A stretch of DNA of 64,000 bases from Octopus sinensis (GCF_006345805.1 NC_043005.1:41602001-41666000); one strand, 5' to 3'; counted from the first letter of the stretch, positions 38,421-51,920 are shown. Notes: generated by a model from the sequence alone, not told the origin. A program made the numbers and translations.

Positions 38421-39371
38421 TGTATAATAAAATATGCAATAAAATTGATATAAACAGAATATAAAATCATGGAGTGAATGGTGATTTGTACGATTGGTAG
38501 TAATGGTAAATATATAGCTTTAAATATATGAATATATGAAAAATGTATCTATATTACAAGTGTTTTTTTATCGATTGCTAATAGAAATTTATTAGAAGTA
38601 TAGAGTTCTGAAAGTTCCTTGTGTAAGTATATAGTTACAGCGAGTTGCTTATATCAAATGCTTGTATAAATTCAGTGATATAAATGTTGAAAATATAATT
38701 ATAGGTAATTTTTGTCAGCAAGCGCGTGATATTTGAATAAAAATACACTAAAACACGCTAATGGATATATATGATAGATTAATTACAAAACATTTCCTTC
38801 AACTTAGGAAAATACTAGATTACAAAAATAGCAGTGCAACGAAACCAGTGTATGATTGGTTAAATGTAAAAATATATAATCGTATAAAAATGTTATGCTT
38901 TAAATATATGGGAATTTCGCTTTATCTAAATCATTTTTGAAGAAAAAATTTATAATATTGAATTTCCTTTATTTCTATTTTAAAACCGTCGTTAAATTTG
39001 AATAAGAAAATAACGTAAACGAGAAAATAACCTTAAATTATTAAGTTAGATATTCATTGTTAAAACATGAACTAACATCACATATCTCTCTTTACCTATT
39101 TAAAATAATCAAATAGCGATGAAAAAACAATCAATATGTGATCGTTGATAAGAAATTTTGCATGGAATAAAAGTTTAGATTCCATCTCGCAGATATTCTC
39201 ATTAGTTAAAAACCGCTAATTTCTTTAGATTTTAGGAAAATGTAAGCTTACTCTAAATAAATAATACGCTAACGTTTTTCTCAATTATACGGCTATCTCT
39301 TTTGATTATTGAGAACGAGATACATTATGTATTTAGTTTTAAAGGGAAATTTGAATACCCATCTTAGTCGT

Positions 39372-39374
39372 CGA

Positions 39375-39410
<36 letters not shown>

Positions 39411-39520
39411 TTGCTGCTAGCTTTTATTTTCTTTCCTTCTTCTTCTTCTTCTTCTTCTTCTTCTTCTTCTTCTTCTTCTTCTTCTTCTTCTTCTTCTTCA
39501 GCTGCTGCTGCTGCTACTAA
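39372..39520. repeat. Compound (TAC)n(TGC)n..(TTC)n microsatellite
   Basis: Direct tandem trinucleotides. Confidence 0.95.
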
Positions 39521-39764
39521 CACTGTTAATACTATTATTCACAATGACCTTATTTGAAAGTAAATTTCAAATATACCTCAATTAAATTCCTATTGCAAAG
39601 AACTGAAGTCATCGAGATGAATCCGCTATACCCGTGAGTAGAATTTACCTCACAGATATTGAAAACACCACTGAAATATCCCATATACGTCTTCAAGCTT
39701 CCGGTTCAGTGAACATAATTGTAAGTGTTCTCTAACCATCACAAAATTAGGCACTGTTTGTTTT

Positions 39765-40167
39765 TTTTAATACCCCAAAGGGCTAAGCATAGAGTAGAAA
39801 AACAAGGACAGACAACGGGATTACATCGACCCCAGTGCGTAACTGGTACTTAATTTATCGATCCCGAAAGGATGACAGTCAAAGTCGACCTCGGCAGAAT
39901 TTGAACTCACAACGTGACGGCAGACGAAATACCTATTTCTTTACTACCCACAAGGGGCTAAACACAGAGGAGACAAACAAGGACAGACAGACGGATTAAG
40001 TCGATTACATCGACCCCAGTGCGTAAGTGGTACTTAATTTATCGACCCCGAAGGGATGAAAGGCAAAGTCGACCTCGGCGGAATTTGAACTCAGAAGGTA
40101 GCGGCAGACGAAATACCGCTAAGCATTTCGCCCGGCGTGCTAATGTTTCTGCCAGTTCGCAGCCTTA
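39765..40167 (-). mobile_element. SINE family B 1.5-mer composite
   Basis: Full unit about 39930-40167 joined at GAAATA|GGTATTTCG to a headless second unit. Confidence 0.88.
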
Positions 40168-41403
40168 TATTAGGCACAGGTTGTTGCCAGCAGTTGGAAA
40201 CGGTAACAGAATACATTCGTATGTTTCATATAATTATCAGCAAATTAAAATACACGTTACTTCTCACCTCCACCTATCTTCATTCTATAACGGATTCTTT
40301 AAAATGTAAATGTTGTCTATAGTTCATAGTTTACTTGCGCTTTATTACAGCACAATCCGCATAACAATTTAAGCGAATAACACACGATTTCATTTCTTTG
40401 TATTCATAATTGTTTAAGCAATATATAAATGATCTAAGAATATCATGCAATTCCTTATAATGGGGGTTTCTACAAGCGAGCAACATTTAATCCTCACAAG
40501 ATGTAATGAAAAAAAAATTCTGTTTTGGAAACATCTGTAAAAATATAGCTGACAAAAAGAATATTAACACAACATGTGACTTTAAAAGAGCCAAAATACA
40601 TGCCAGATGTAGTAAAACTCTAACGTTCAAATTCTGGAGGTGAGGCCTACGTAAATTAAAGTTGCCCAATCTATATACAGAAACCAACACTACTTCATAT
40701 CTTTGATAATACTCTTGAAAAAGTCTGGAAACGTCGATAAGAAGAAATTTAGAAACATTATCGCTCCAAACAGACTATAAGAATATTATACCGAAATACG
40801 AATATATAATTAAATATGCAGAGAAACACATGCATATACACAATATAAATTTTAGTTATGTATTATGTGTTTATACTTATGTATGTATGCATATAGTTGA
40901 GTTTGTACTAATGTTTGTTGCGGTATGGCATATATGTATATTAATAGGTGTATAAATATATGATGCAGGTGATCTGGCGACCTGAGGAGTTAGCCTTCTA
41001 TGGATAAATTTGACTTGTGATTGTCCAATTGTACTGTGCAACGTGTAGCATGCATATTAGTGTGGATATATAAAATATTTTTTTGTATACTGAGATTATT
41101 ATTACATAATGAAAGCTGCGAAACAACTGTAATCATTCGGATATGAAGTGGTTTACTAAATATATTCGCCTCTCATATCTCTTGACACCATGGTTTCTAT
41201 CTTTCTTGTGCATACATACATACATACATACATACATACATGTATATGTGTGTGTATGTACGTGCATATGTATATGCATATATATTCATACATATATGCA
41301 TCTATGCATACATACATACAAACATACATGTATGTATATATGTATAGGTATACATATATATTCATACACATATGCACGCATGCATATATACATACAAACA
41401 TGC

Positions 41404-41477
<74 letters not shown>

Positions 41478-42570
41478 TCACCTGGTGCTTCCCCCTGATA
41501 AGTTCTAAAACAATGAAATAACGTAATATATAAATAATTATCCCAAATTCTAACTACCTCCTTTTTCTTGATATATGAAACATGTACACCATTTCAAACA
41601 ATCTATGCATAAAAGAATATATATATATATTTATGTCTTTTTAAATAAAATGTATAATTATTCTATAATATATATATGCATACTTTCACATATATACATT
41701 TAATCAATTTCTGACCAATCTATTAATTACTATCGCAGTATTAACGTATTCGATTTTATGAGCATTAACATTTTAATTCTAAATAATTATGCTGTATCAG
41801 AAATAGAATATCATTAAAATCTTAGATTATTTTGCATCTACCTTAACATGGTTATATTTTGGTCTTATTACACTTCTTCAGAAAAACAAAGGCGTCTATA
41901 TATTTGCTAATATAGTGACGAAAATGCCAGTGAGTATATGTACAATATTGAAGTCGCAGTATCTTCGGAATTAGCACAATTTGGAGTATAAATTTGTTAG
42001 CTAAATCACTCACTATTGCTAGTCATATGAAAAATATAACCAAGTTAATGTCTACATTTTATTGTAAAGAATTTAAAGAAGATTCTTAGAAATAATTATT
42101 CGACAAAGAATAGATGTTATCAGTTATTAACCAATATTTTAATCACTGTATCATGTATAGAAGAAAGAATCAACCTTAAACAGAATAAGACAGCTCCGGT
42201 TGTATTTGATGTTTCTATATCTTATAAACTTTTATTGTATTTTCCTAAGTAATGAAGGGAAAGTCTTCAAGTGAAAATTTACATAATTTAGACAGTAAAT
42301 TACTGAGATATATAACTGTAGAAATTATATACATACCACATATATATGTATGCCTGTACTATATTGAAAATCTGAATGGGCTCAAGTTTCATAATTTGTA
42401 TTACTGATTTTCTGTATATTTCTAGAGAAAAAAACAAAATAGGTGTGTTGACTTAAAATGTTTAAAATCACATCGTAATATCAGAGAATTAGGAATGAAC
42501 ATTAAACGTTGCATTTCCAGTTTCTCTGAAATCAATAAACTTGTTGAATAGACGGACAATTGTGATTTGG

Positions 42571-42700
42571 GTAAGTACTGTTTATGTAAGGAGAAATGTA
42601 ATTGATTAATACTTTTAATACTCTGTGCAGCGAGCATTTTGTTCCAATTAATTTATGGATACTTAAATTTTAAAAAAAATTTTACTTACATTTATTTCAG
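42571..42700 (+). other. Predicted 5' UTR intron (130 nt) of the orphan gene
   Basis: Donor TGG|GTAAGT at 42571; branch-like TACTTAC and acceptor TTTATTTCAG ending 42700; 130 nt upstream of the ATG. Confidence 0.5.
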
Positions 42701-42830
42701 GAGAAATGTGGTTCTCTTTCACAACTACAGAACGTGATACCTTAAAACACCCTTTGAACAAATTTAGATAAAACACAAAAAAAAAAAATATATATATATA
42801 TACCCCCATCAGAAACGGTATTTGGAGAAA

Positions 42831-43206
42831 ATGTCAAACCGCAAAAAGTACGGTTCAGTGTCCCGATCAGAATACGATGACACCATTTTGAGAAATAATG
42901 TACGCGCCGACAATCGACTTAGCCGCGAATTGAAGGATGTCGAACGTGCTCAGAAAGTAACATTTCGAGATATCACATTTGAGACAAAGCGTCTTCGTAA
43001 CAAAATTCAAAGTGGAAATGCTCCTGTAACAAAAAACGACCATTTACAAAAGAAGTTATTGGAAATATCGCGAGAACAGACAATGTCTGCTCAGGCGCGG
43101 ACAAATTTACTTCATATTGATACTAACATGGCTGAATACAATGAAATGGTCGAATCTTCAATGCCTGAAGCACTTTCACAGGGCTCCATTAACAATCCGA
43201 AAGAAA
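42831..43206 (+). CDS. First coding exon of an uncharacterised protein (MSNRKKYGSVSRSEYDDTILRNNVRADNRLSRELKDVERAQKVTFRDITFETKRLRNKIQ...)
   Basis: 125 open codons of non-repetitive, protein-like sequence in very AT-rich surroundings; ATG with A at -3; ends at A|GTAAGT donor (phase 1). The N-terminal helix loosely recalls CCDC190-type coiled coils (unverified). Confidence 0.75.
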
Positions 43207-43873
43207 GTAAGTTTTGAAATATAAATATATTTAATTAAGCAACATATATTATGTAACTAAATTAACTAGGGTTTGCAATGGATTGGTAAGCATATCATGT
43301 TGTTCACAGAGAAAAACTGGGTGCGTGCATCATTCTGTATCGTCAAACGTTACTAAATATTGTTAAATCGGTTTATGGGTGTAAACATAAATAATTGCTC
43401 ATCTGTATATCCCAGTAATTTATAAAGCCAATTAATGATTTACAAATAGATTTTTAAAATATCCTGGTAAGCAAATGTTTGAATAAGGAAATATCACGTT
43501 ATAAAATGCTTTGTTGTTAAACAGCCCAAAGGCATAATAAAATGATTTACTAAATGAATAGTCAAATTTGCTAATACAAGAAAATAAACCCCATTGGATA
43601 TTGGTATGATGCAGCATTTATTCCAAGTTGGCAAAATCATGTCAGAGGATTTCGCAGCTGTTGTTTTATTCAAGACAAAAGATCCTATTGGAGCGAACTA
43701 CAAGAGATATTTGTCTTTCGCTTCACCAAGTGGCAAATTTTATGAGCCGTTCTAACATTGTTTCGCATTGTGTCTCATGCACTTTAATTCTCTTTTTAGC
43801 TTGACACGATGTCCCTCTCTCTCTCGTTTCCTTCTCTGTCAAATTCTCTCTCTCTCTCTCTATATATATATAT

Positions 43874-43933
<60 letters not shown>

Positions 43934-44509
43934 GAAGATAGAAAGAGAGCGAGAGAGAGAGTGGGAGAGAGAAGGAAAAGAGCGAGAGATGTATAGCTAA
44001 ATATATATGTGCGTGAAAAATTAAACAATACTCCAGTCGTTTAAATAATACCTAGAGATTTATTATAAATCTTTGAAACCAACACGCAGTGCATACCACT
44101 TCAAGAGAATAAAAGACATTGAAAGAACATTCCCTGTCTGTAATATGTCAGCATCTCTGTAATACTTACAACTAGTATAAGCTTTGTATAAATGAAAGGT
44201 AATATTATATAGAATATCTCAAGTTTTTGGCAGAAACTTACATGCATCGATGTTGCTTTTTTTATGTAATACAAATATCTTCAAATCATTAGATGGTTGG
44301 ATATCTGAAATATAATTTTATGGACATTCAAATAACATAATGCAGTCCAAATATCTGTTTCATGCCTCAAAAATATAAATAGTAATAGAGAACTGAAATA
44401 ATATAGCAAACAGGAACTAATGTAGCAAACATGAAATCGGGAAACACTGCATTCTATATTTTAGGTTCATAAAAATCAGATAAACACACACACACACAAC
44501 ACACACACA

Positions 44510-44540
<31 letters not shown>

Positions 44541-44795
44541 CAACACACACACACACACATTCACACACGCACACACACAGTATCACTTATCTTTTATTAT
44601 CGTTTCAATCATTAGACTGCAGCCTAGTGACTCCAATTACCCTTTGAAAAGAAATCTTGCATCGTTTCAAATCATATTACTGGCTTTTTACTTATTCTCT
44701 CTACTCGCATATTCCCCACAAAAACATACAAATTCAAATGCTTTCTTGTACAACCTCCTCTACACTTTTATATTTAATTAGATGTTTTATTTCAG

Positions 44796-44825
44796 GTGGA
44801 GCTTCATTCAGGTCTGGTATTATAC
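44796..44825 (+). CDS. Candidate 30-nt symmetric phase-1 micro-exon (xGASFRSGIIx)
   Basis: Acceptor GTTTTATTTCAG ending 44795, donor GTAAAT at 44826; keeps the frame between the flanking exons. Confidence 0.35.
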
Positions 44826-45566
44826 GTAAATCATTCATGTAGATCTAGAAATAAGGTTTGGTGTTAGATTAATTCTGTTTGACTGTCTCCTCATGTTTCC
44901 AGAATTCTGTTTGGAAGCTTCTCAAGATGTTCTTGAACCTTTTGTTTTTTTCGACTACTCTATATAACGATAAACATTCTACTTTTGAAAGAAATGAAAG
45001 AAAAATTTAATGAACGAGTAGTCAATACATTATGGTGATGCAGAATGTATTTAATGATGAAATGTTTCCTTAAATATTTATCATTACATTAAAAAGAAAA
45101 ACATGCAACAATAAAACGTTTATGGCGGATATTTGCGACATCTCTATTTCTAAAATAACCTTTATACAAATGTTACTTATCAGTAGAAAGTTTATTGTTT
45201 TGTCACAAAATCGTATTTTTAAATGAATGTAATGATTAATAACCCTACAAAAGATCATATTGTGACAGTAATTAAAGAAAGTTAGACAAGGACAAGAGAT
45301 CTTTTGAAAGAAAATAATTATTTACTTCAGCAAAGCTTAAACATACGTTTTAGAACATTTTAGAGCATCGTTTCATAGTATCGTTTTTGGGGTACCTACA
45401 GCCTTTAAAGTTGTGGAATATTTCCAAATGTTAAGAATTAAACAAATTTATGGACTCAATATCAAACTAAATACTATTGAAAGACAGCAAGAACAACAAC
45501 AGAAAAATCTAGTGTTAGAATTAGAGATCCAAATGAGTGTCATCTGATAATCTAAATACCACAGTG

Positions 45567-45670
45567 CTAAAGCAGCCCGGCAGCGTCCACAGTCAGAGTT
45601 CCAGAGTATTAGTTAATCAGTAATGTCTTCATAGCAAACAACTTCCCAGCTTATACCTGTACACGGACAG
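45567..45670 (+). pseudogene. Decayed duplicate of part of the 46609-46934 exon
   Basis: Gapless 104-nt match to 46792-46895 with 16 mismatches (about 85%); homologous frame has TAA (for TCA) and TAG (for CGG). Confidence 0.85.
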
Positions 45671-45756
45671 CAGTAAATCACAACAGCCCTTATTGCATAA
45701 AATGGTACGACAGAAAAGCAGTTTGCTTGTAGAATTTAAGTAAAGTGAAGTTATAT

Positions 45757-45960
45757 TGGTTTAAATTTTGGAACAAGGCTAGCAAGTTCGGGCCTGGAGT
45801 AAGTCAATTATATCGACCCCAATGTTCAAATGGTACTTATTTTATCAACCCCAGAAGGATGAAAGACTAAGTCGACCTCGGCGGAATTTGAATTCAGATC
45901 ATACAGACAAAATGTGTCTAAGCATTTTGTCCGGCGCGCTAACGTTTCTGGCAGCTCACG
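45757..45960 (-). mobile_element. SINE family B (left member of inverted pair)
   Basis: GGTACTTATTTTATCAACCCCAGAAGGATGAAAGAC..GTCGACCTCGGCGGAATTTGAA. Confidence 0.85.
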
Positions 45961-45989
45961 TCCCTAAGTGAAGTTAATATTATGAAGGA

Positions 45990-46200
45990 AATAAGGCAGC
46001 AAAATTATTACGCCAGGTAAAATGCTTAGCTGCATTTCGTCCATCTGTACGTTCAGAGTTCAAATCCTGCCGAGGTCAACTTTGCTTTTCATCCTTTCGG
46101 AGTCGATATAATAAGTACTACTTGAGTGCTGAGGTCGATGTAATCGACATATCCCCTCCCTTGAACTTGCTGGCCTTGTGCCAAAAGTTGTAACCAATAT
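45990..46200 (+). mobile_element. SINE family B (right member of inverted pair)
   Basis: GTTCAAATCCTGCCGAGGTCAACTTTGCTTTTCATCCTTTCGGAGTCGAT. Confidence 0.85.
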
Positions 46201-46608
46201 TATGAAGAAAACATTTGTGACATTACTAAAAATGTATAATGTAAAATTATATATTTTCTTGGTATTTATCGTTGTGATATAACTACAAGCTATAATATTT
46301 AATTCTTTCGAACAAGTTTCGATTATCTTATACTTTAATTCATACATCTCACACATTTTAAAACCTGAACATTGGGTTACTTTATTCTTGAAATGAGTAG
46401 TTTAAGTTAATAAATGTGAAGGAATTAGCAGTAGAAACTCTCAAAAGAACATATTTTACCAGAATAGAAAATATAATCTTGATAAGATACACTTTCATTA
46501 TGCTAAAGTAACTTTTCAAAATAATCTCATTATAAGTTGTAAAGAAAATCAGTTTCGTATGTTGAATGCGTGTATAAATTAATTTTTCGCTTCACACTTC
46601 TTTTAAAG

Positions 46609-46934
46609 ATACTCTTCAATCCAATGAAAAAAGTAAGAAAATAGGAATAGCTGTTGAAAATTCAGATAAATCTGACTATAACAAAGAAGCAGAAAATGAT
46701 GGCAATGAAACTACACAAGCACCTAGTCAGGCGAAGAATGAGAAACGAAACATATGGGATTCACTAAGTATCCCGAAACATTCAAACAACGTTAAAGCAG
46801 TCCGGCAGCGTTTACAGTCAGAGTTCCAAAGTGTTGGTTCACCAGTAATGTCTTCACGGCAAACGACTGCCCAGCTTCCACCTGTACATGGACAGAGTAT
46901 TAAACGTAATGCTAACCAAACCGTAAAACTTTGA
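46609..46934 (+). CDS. Probable last coding exon of the uncharacterised protein (xTLQSNEKSKKIG...KAVRQRLQSEFQSVGSPVMSSRQTTAQLPPVHGQSIKRNANQTVKL*)
   Basis: Acceptor CTTCACACTTCTTTTAAAG ending 46608; 107 further open codons in phase 1, compatible with the 43206 donor; absent from the ORF track because it has no upstream start codon. Confidence 0.65.
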
Positions 46935-47671
46935 CGACCGATATTGAAGAAGTAAGTTTTATTGATTGTAGAACATGTTGGTTTAGAAGAATAAAACTGA
47001 ACATCACCATTCTTTTGCAGTCATGGGCTCAGGAGCATTTTTATGCAGGCTGAAAAACAGACACAATGATGCATGTTGGAAAAAAGATTTAGGGATCCAT
47101 GCATGCACACACATATACGTAACTAGATGTACACAATGAAACACATCCATCCATTCCTAACCCACCGAAGTAGAGAGAAAGTCACGCATATATTACAGAA
47201 ATATAAAATAAAAGTAATTGATTAAAAAATCTGACGACTTATCATATTCTCTTGTATGAATCAAACTTCGTTATTTGGATGTATTGATAAAGGAATTCAC
47301 AATTAAAAAAAAACAATTTTATTTTCTGTTACACACTTCACTGTATGATGTATATAGGAATTTATTAGCAGATTTTGAGAATATATCATAAGTATCAGAG
47401 ATTATCTGATTTGTTACGAAATTAGGAATTTAAAACAATAAACCAATGTATCAGATATCCAGGAGGTTCAAGCTTATCTAAGCTATTCATTATATATTGG
47501 TCAATATCAAACTGACAGAAATAATTGTAAATATTGGACTGTTAAGGAAGAGCTAAACTTCCAGCTGAAAAGAGTGAAAGCTGAAATATGGAGCACAAGG
47601 TATGGATTTTATCGTCTACCAGAATATTATTGGTCCGCTCATGTTCGCTTTTCATTTTCATATTTGGAAAT

Positions 47672-47875
47672 TTAAGCTGGCAAAATGTTTAGCGGCATTT
47701 CATGTCTTTTTGTTCTGAGTTCAATTTCCACCGAGGTCGATTCCACTGAGGTCGATTCCACCGTTCATCCTTTCGATGTGGATAAAATAATAGTCGAGTA
47801 CTGGGGTAGTTGTGATCGACTTATATCTACCACGAATTTTCTGGCCATGTGCCAAAAATTCGAAACCAATATTGA
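47672..47875 (+). mobile_element. SINE family B with internal 15-bp tandem duplication
   Basis: CCAC.GAGGTCGATT repeated; Meta-like core follows. Confidence 0.78.
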
Positions 47876-48487
47876 ATCACTAGAACAGCAATAAAATCAT
47901 AGAACAAAAGACCTCCTAATTCAAGTACTTTTAATACTTAGCTCATTTCTTCCCAATCTGAGTTATGATTTCACAAGGCTAACCATCATGTCTATGACGA
48001 TTATATAAATATCATTTATCTGATAAATTCAGATCACTCTAGGGTGCGTCTACCAACAGGCATTTGGTGCTTAGGTAAGAAACCATGAAGTCTTCCAAAA
48101 TCTAATGATAATTATAGAACAATTCCTCCGCTGACATGAATATCGAAAAAACGTATTGCATATTCACACGAAGCAGGTTTGCTGAAAAATTATACATCCT
48201 TTAGCTTGAATGTAATTAGCTAGTGTTATCAAACACAAACACGTGTGTGTTTATTAATATAATCTGGATGTTTCCCAAAGTTACTCTCCGGATATCGGCA
48301 AACGAATGTTATTATACAGTAGGACTTCTATTAGGGATATACATGTGAAAAGCTGCACATTTCCGTAGAGTGTAAAAAAAAATTTTGAACAGGCTTTATT
48401 ACAAATCACTCCAATTGTTTCAATGCATCATTTCTAGCTGTTAATTGCTGAATGTTACACAAATCATATGCAATATTGTACTAATAT

Positions 48488-48895
48488 GAGTGGCTGTGTG
48501 GTAAATAGCTTGCTTACCAGCCACATGGTTCCGGGTTCAGTCCCACTGCGTTCACCTTGGGTAAGTGTCTTCTACTATAGCCTCAGGCCGACCAAAGCGT
48601 TGTGAGTGGATTTGGTAGACGGAAACTGAAAGAAGCCCGTCGCATATATGTATATATACGTGTATATATGTATGCGTGTGTATATGTTTGTCTGTCTGTG
48701 TCTGTCTCCCCAACATCGCTTGGGAACTGATACTGGTGTGTTTACGTCCCCGTAACTTAGCGGTTCGGCAAAAGAGACCGATGGAATAAGTACTAGGCTT
48801 ACAAAGAATAAGTCCTGGGGTTGACTTGCTCGACTAAAGTCGTTGCTCCAGCAAGGCCTCAGTCAAATGATTGAAACAATTAAAAAAAAAAAAGA
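48488..48895 (+). mobile_element. SINE family A
   Basis: GAGTGGCTGTGTGGTAA head through AGTCAAATGATTGAAACA tail. Confidence 0.9.
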
Positions 48896-49133
48896 ACGAT
48901 AACTGTATACGCATCTTCGGACGACCAGAGTCAAAGTAGTGCTATCTCAAATTTAGTTTCTCCGCATTTTCGGTTGTATACTCCTACCGAAATACTATTT
49001 TTAGTATTCCTCTGATAAAATGGAACAAGGAAATCCGAAGAGTTACAAATGAGGAAAAAGAAATAGCAAAAATAAATCAATGGAAATAAAAGAAGAAAGA
49101 AACCGCATTTTCATTCGATCATTAACAACAATA

Positions 49134-49557
49134 GGCGCAGGAGTGGCTGTGTGGTAAGTAGCTTGCTAACCAACCACGTGGTTCCTGGTTCAGTCCCACT
49201 GCGTGGCATCTTGGGCAAGTGTCTTCTGCTATAGCCCCGGGCCGACCAAAGCCTTGTGAGTGGATTTGGTAGACGGAAACTGAAAGAAGCCTGTCGTATA
49301 TATGTATATATATATATATATGTGTGTGTGGGGGTTTGTGTGTCTGTGTTTGCCCCCCCCTAGCATTGCTTGACAACCGATGCTGGTGTGTTTACGTCCC
49401 CGTCACTTAGCGGTTCGGAAAAAGAGACCGATAGAGTAAGTACTGGGCTTACAAAGAATAAGTCCCGGGGTCGATTTGCTCGACTAAAGGCGGTGCTCCA
49501 GCATGACCGCAGTCAAATGATTGAAACAAGTAAAAGAGTAAAAGAGTAAAAGAGTAG
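49134..49557 (+). mobile_element. SINE family A, full length
   Basis: GGCGCAGGAGTGGCTGTGTGG head; tail ends in (GTAAAAGA)n. Confidence 0.92.
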
Positions 49558-49914
49558 ACTTGTTTCAAATTTTAGGAAAATAAAAAGAACATTTAAAAAA
49601 TAAGAATGTTATAAAAAGATAACCTTTAAAAATTACCCGTTTTTTGTGCCTGTTACCGCTCCACTTAATGAAAACCAGTGACATACGCTCACTTCCTTAA
49701 CTCTGCAAGATACCAAAACCTGTCAACTTGCAGAGTAATTTCAGCTCTAGAGTATCACCACCACAGTCTTTATCCTGTTGCTTTTCAAGTCATTAAATTT
49801 ACTTGTACGTACAAGTATACATTTATTCAACACTAATGTATATATATATGTGCATATACATACATATATTTTCCAAACATACACTCATACTTTACATTTT
49901 CATGAATGTGTATT

Positions 49915-50083
49915 CGGGTCTCGCTCAGAGTTGCTGAAGCATGGAATAAACTGCCTGCGTCAATTGTTGACTGCCATGACACTGCATCCTTTAATGCTCT
50001 CATGCTTTCCGAAATCCGTCGAAACTACACCTGATTATATATACACTTTAGATGAGTTGTAGTGCACCTGAGCACTGTACACA

Positions 50084-50115
<32 letters not shown>
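49915..50115 (+). mobile_element. CR1-type LINE extreme 3' end with (ATT)n tail
   Basis: RVAEAWNKLPASIVDCHDTASF matches the CR1 RV...WN.LP...V motif; short UTR then (ATT)n. Confidence 0.72.
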
Positions 50116-50120
<5 letters not shown>

Positions 50121-50236
50121 TATATTAATATGATATCGCGTATAATATATGTAGCATTCATCAATTAACAACTGATAATGATGCGTTGAAACAATTATAG
50201 TGATTTGTAAGTCTGTTCAATCTATCTCGTATTAGA

Positions 50237-50284
<48 letters not shown>

Positions 50285-50522
50285 GTGTGTATGTGTGTGC
50301 GTATGTAAATGTATATATATATATGTATACATATATTCATGTATGTATATATATATGTATAATACATGTATATATATCTATCTATCTACCTATCTATTTA
50401 TCTATCTATCTCTATATATACATATATAAATATATATATATATATATAACTATAAATAAATAATACGTGTATATACAGATATTTATATAGATATAGTTAT
50501 ATAAATATACATGTATGTATGC

Positions 50523-50558
<36 letters not shown>

Positions 50559-51208
50559 GTATGTGTATATATATGTATATATATAGAGGTGCGCGCGCAC
50601 ACACACAAACACATATACACATGCGCATATACACACTTACTTGTAAGAATATGCAAATATACATTTATTGTAAGCGTGTGTATGAGATTAAAATATTTAG
50701 ACTTATACGTATAATTGATTCATGTTTATATATCTTTAGTACATATATTGTGGTTATTAAAGAATATATTAGCTAACTTGTGCTCGTTTTATTCCATTAG
50801 CATTATAAATAAAATGACTATAAAGATGATTTGATCACAAAATAAAATTCATTAAAATGTTAAAAGGTAATTTAAGTATTAGAGCTATAAATCTATAAAT
50901 TCAAACTCGTTTTAAATTGTTCATCGTTATTTTCGCGTCTACCACGAACGTTATGTTCGTTAAATTTTTTTTCTAATGTATAAATAGCAGCAAAACTAAA
51001 ATTAAAATTAAAAAAAAAAACAGTTATACGAATAAAAGATGAAAAAGATAGATATAATATATCCGATAAAACTTAAGGAAAAAGAAAATAATAACTAATA
51101 CGAATAATGAACAATAAAAATAAATGATAATTTTAAACATCTGGTATTGCAAAGTTCAAACTGAAAGCTGAACATTTTACATCATGCTGGAAAAAAATGA
51201 AAACTCTG

Positions 51209-51254
<46 letters not shown>

Positions 51255-51496
51255 GCACACAGACATGCACACACATACATACATGCACACACGTACTCAC
51301 ATAAACACATATATGTATATACATATATATATATGTATATATGCATTCATATACGTATATATATATATATATATCACATTTGCACTCACAGGCATCCGCC
51401 CCATCCGCCCTTATATATATATATATATATATATAAATACACATGTATGTATATCACATATGCACTTACAGACATCCACCCACATCCACCCTTATA

Positions 51497-51581
<85 letters not shown>

Positions 51582-51920
51582 CGTATATATATATATATAA
51601 TAGCATATTGATAGATAGATAAATAGATATAATCAGTAATTGTCGCTTTTCGTCTGTTCTTTTACTGAAAAGGTTTAATGTTGTAACACCAAATAATTAT
51701 TTAAAATGAAATTTGCTGAACACTTTTGTGAGAAATACCTCACAAAAACTAATTAGGAAATATCTTGCGGAGTAGGTATGTGTCATATTACCAAGTATAG
51801 AAGCATGCATATTACACTTTATTGAAGGTAGTCCATTTAATATCTATCTATCTATCTATCTATATATCTATATATATATCTATCTATCTATCTATCTATC
51901 TATATATCTATCTATCTATC

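Noticed and set aside
43578-43750. About 57-codon protein-looking frame (..MSEDFAAVVLFKTKDPIGANYKRYLSF..) in the gene intron
   Set aside because: No convincing splice sites and short enough to be chance.
49005-49089. Alternative terminal exon between two SINEs (IPLIKWNKEIRRVTNEEKEIAKINQWK*)
   Set aside because: Acceptor is weak and a much stronger acceptor exists at 47020; the phase match has a one-in-three chance.
51385-51500. Duplicated CATCC(G/A)CCC motifs resembling GC boxes
   Set aside because: Small local duplication inside TA microsatellite, with no promoter context.
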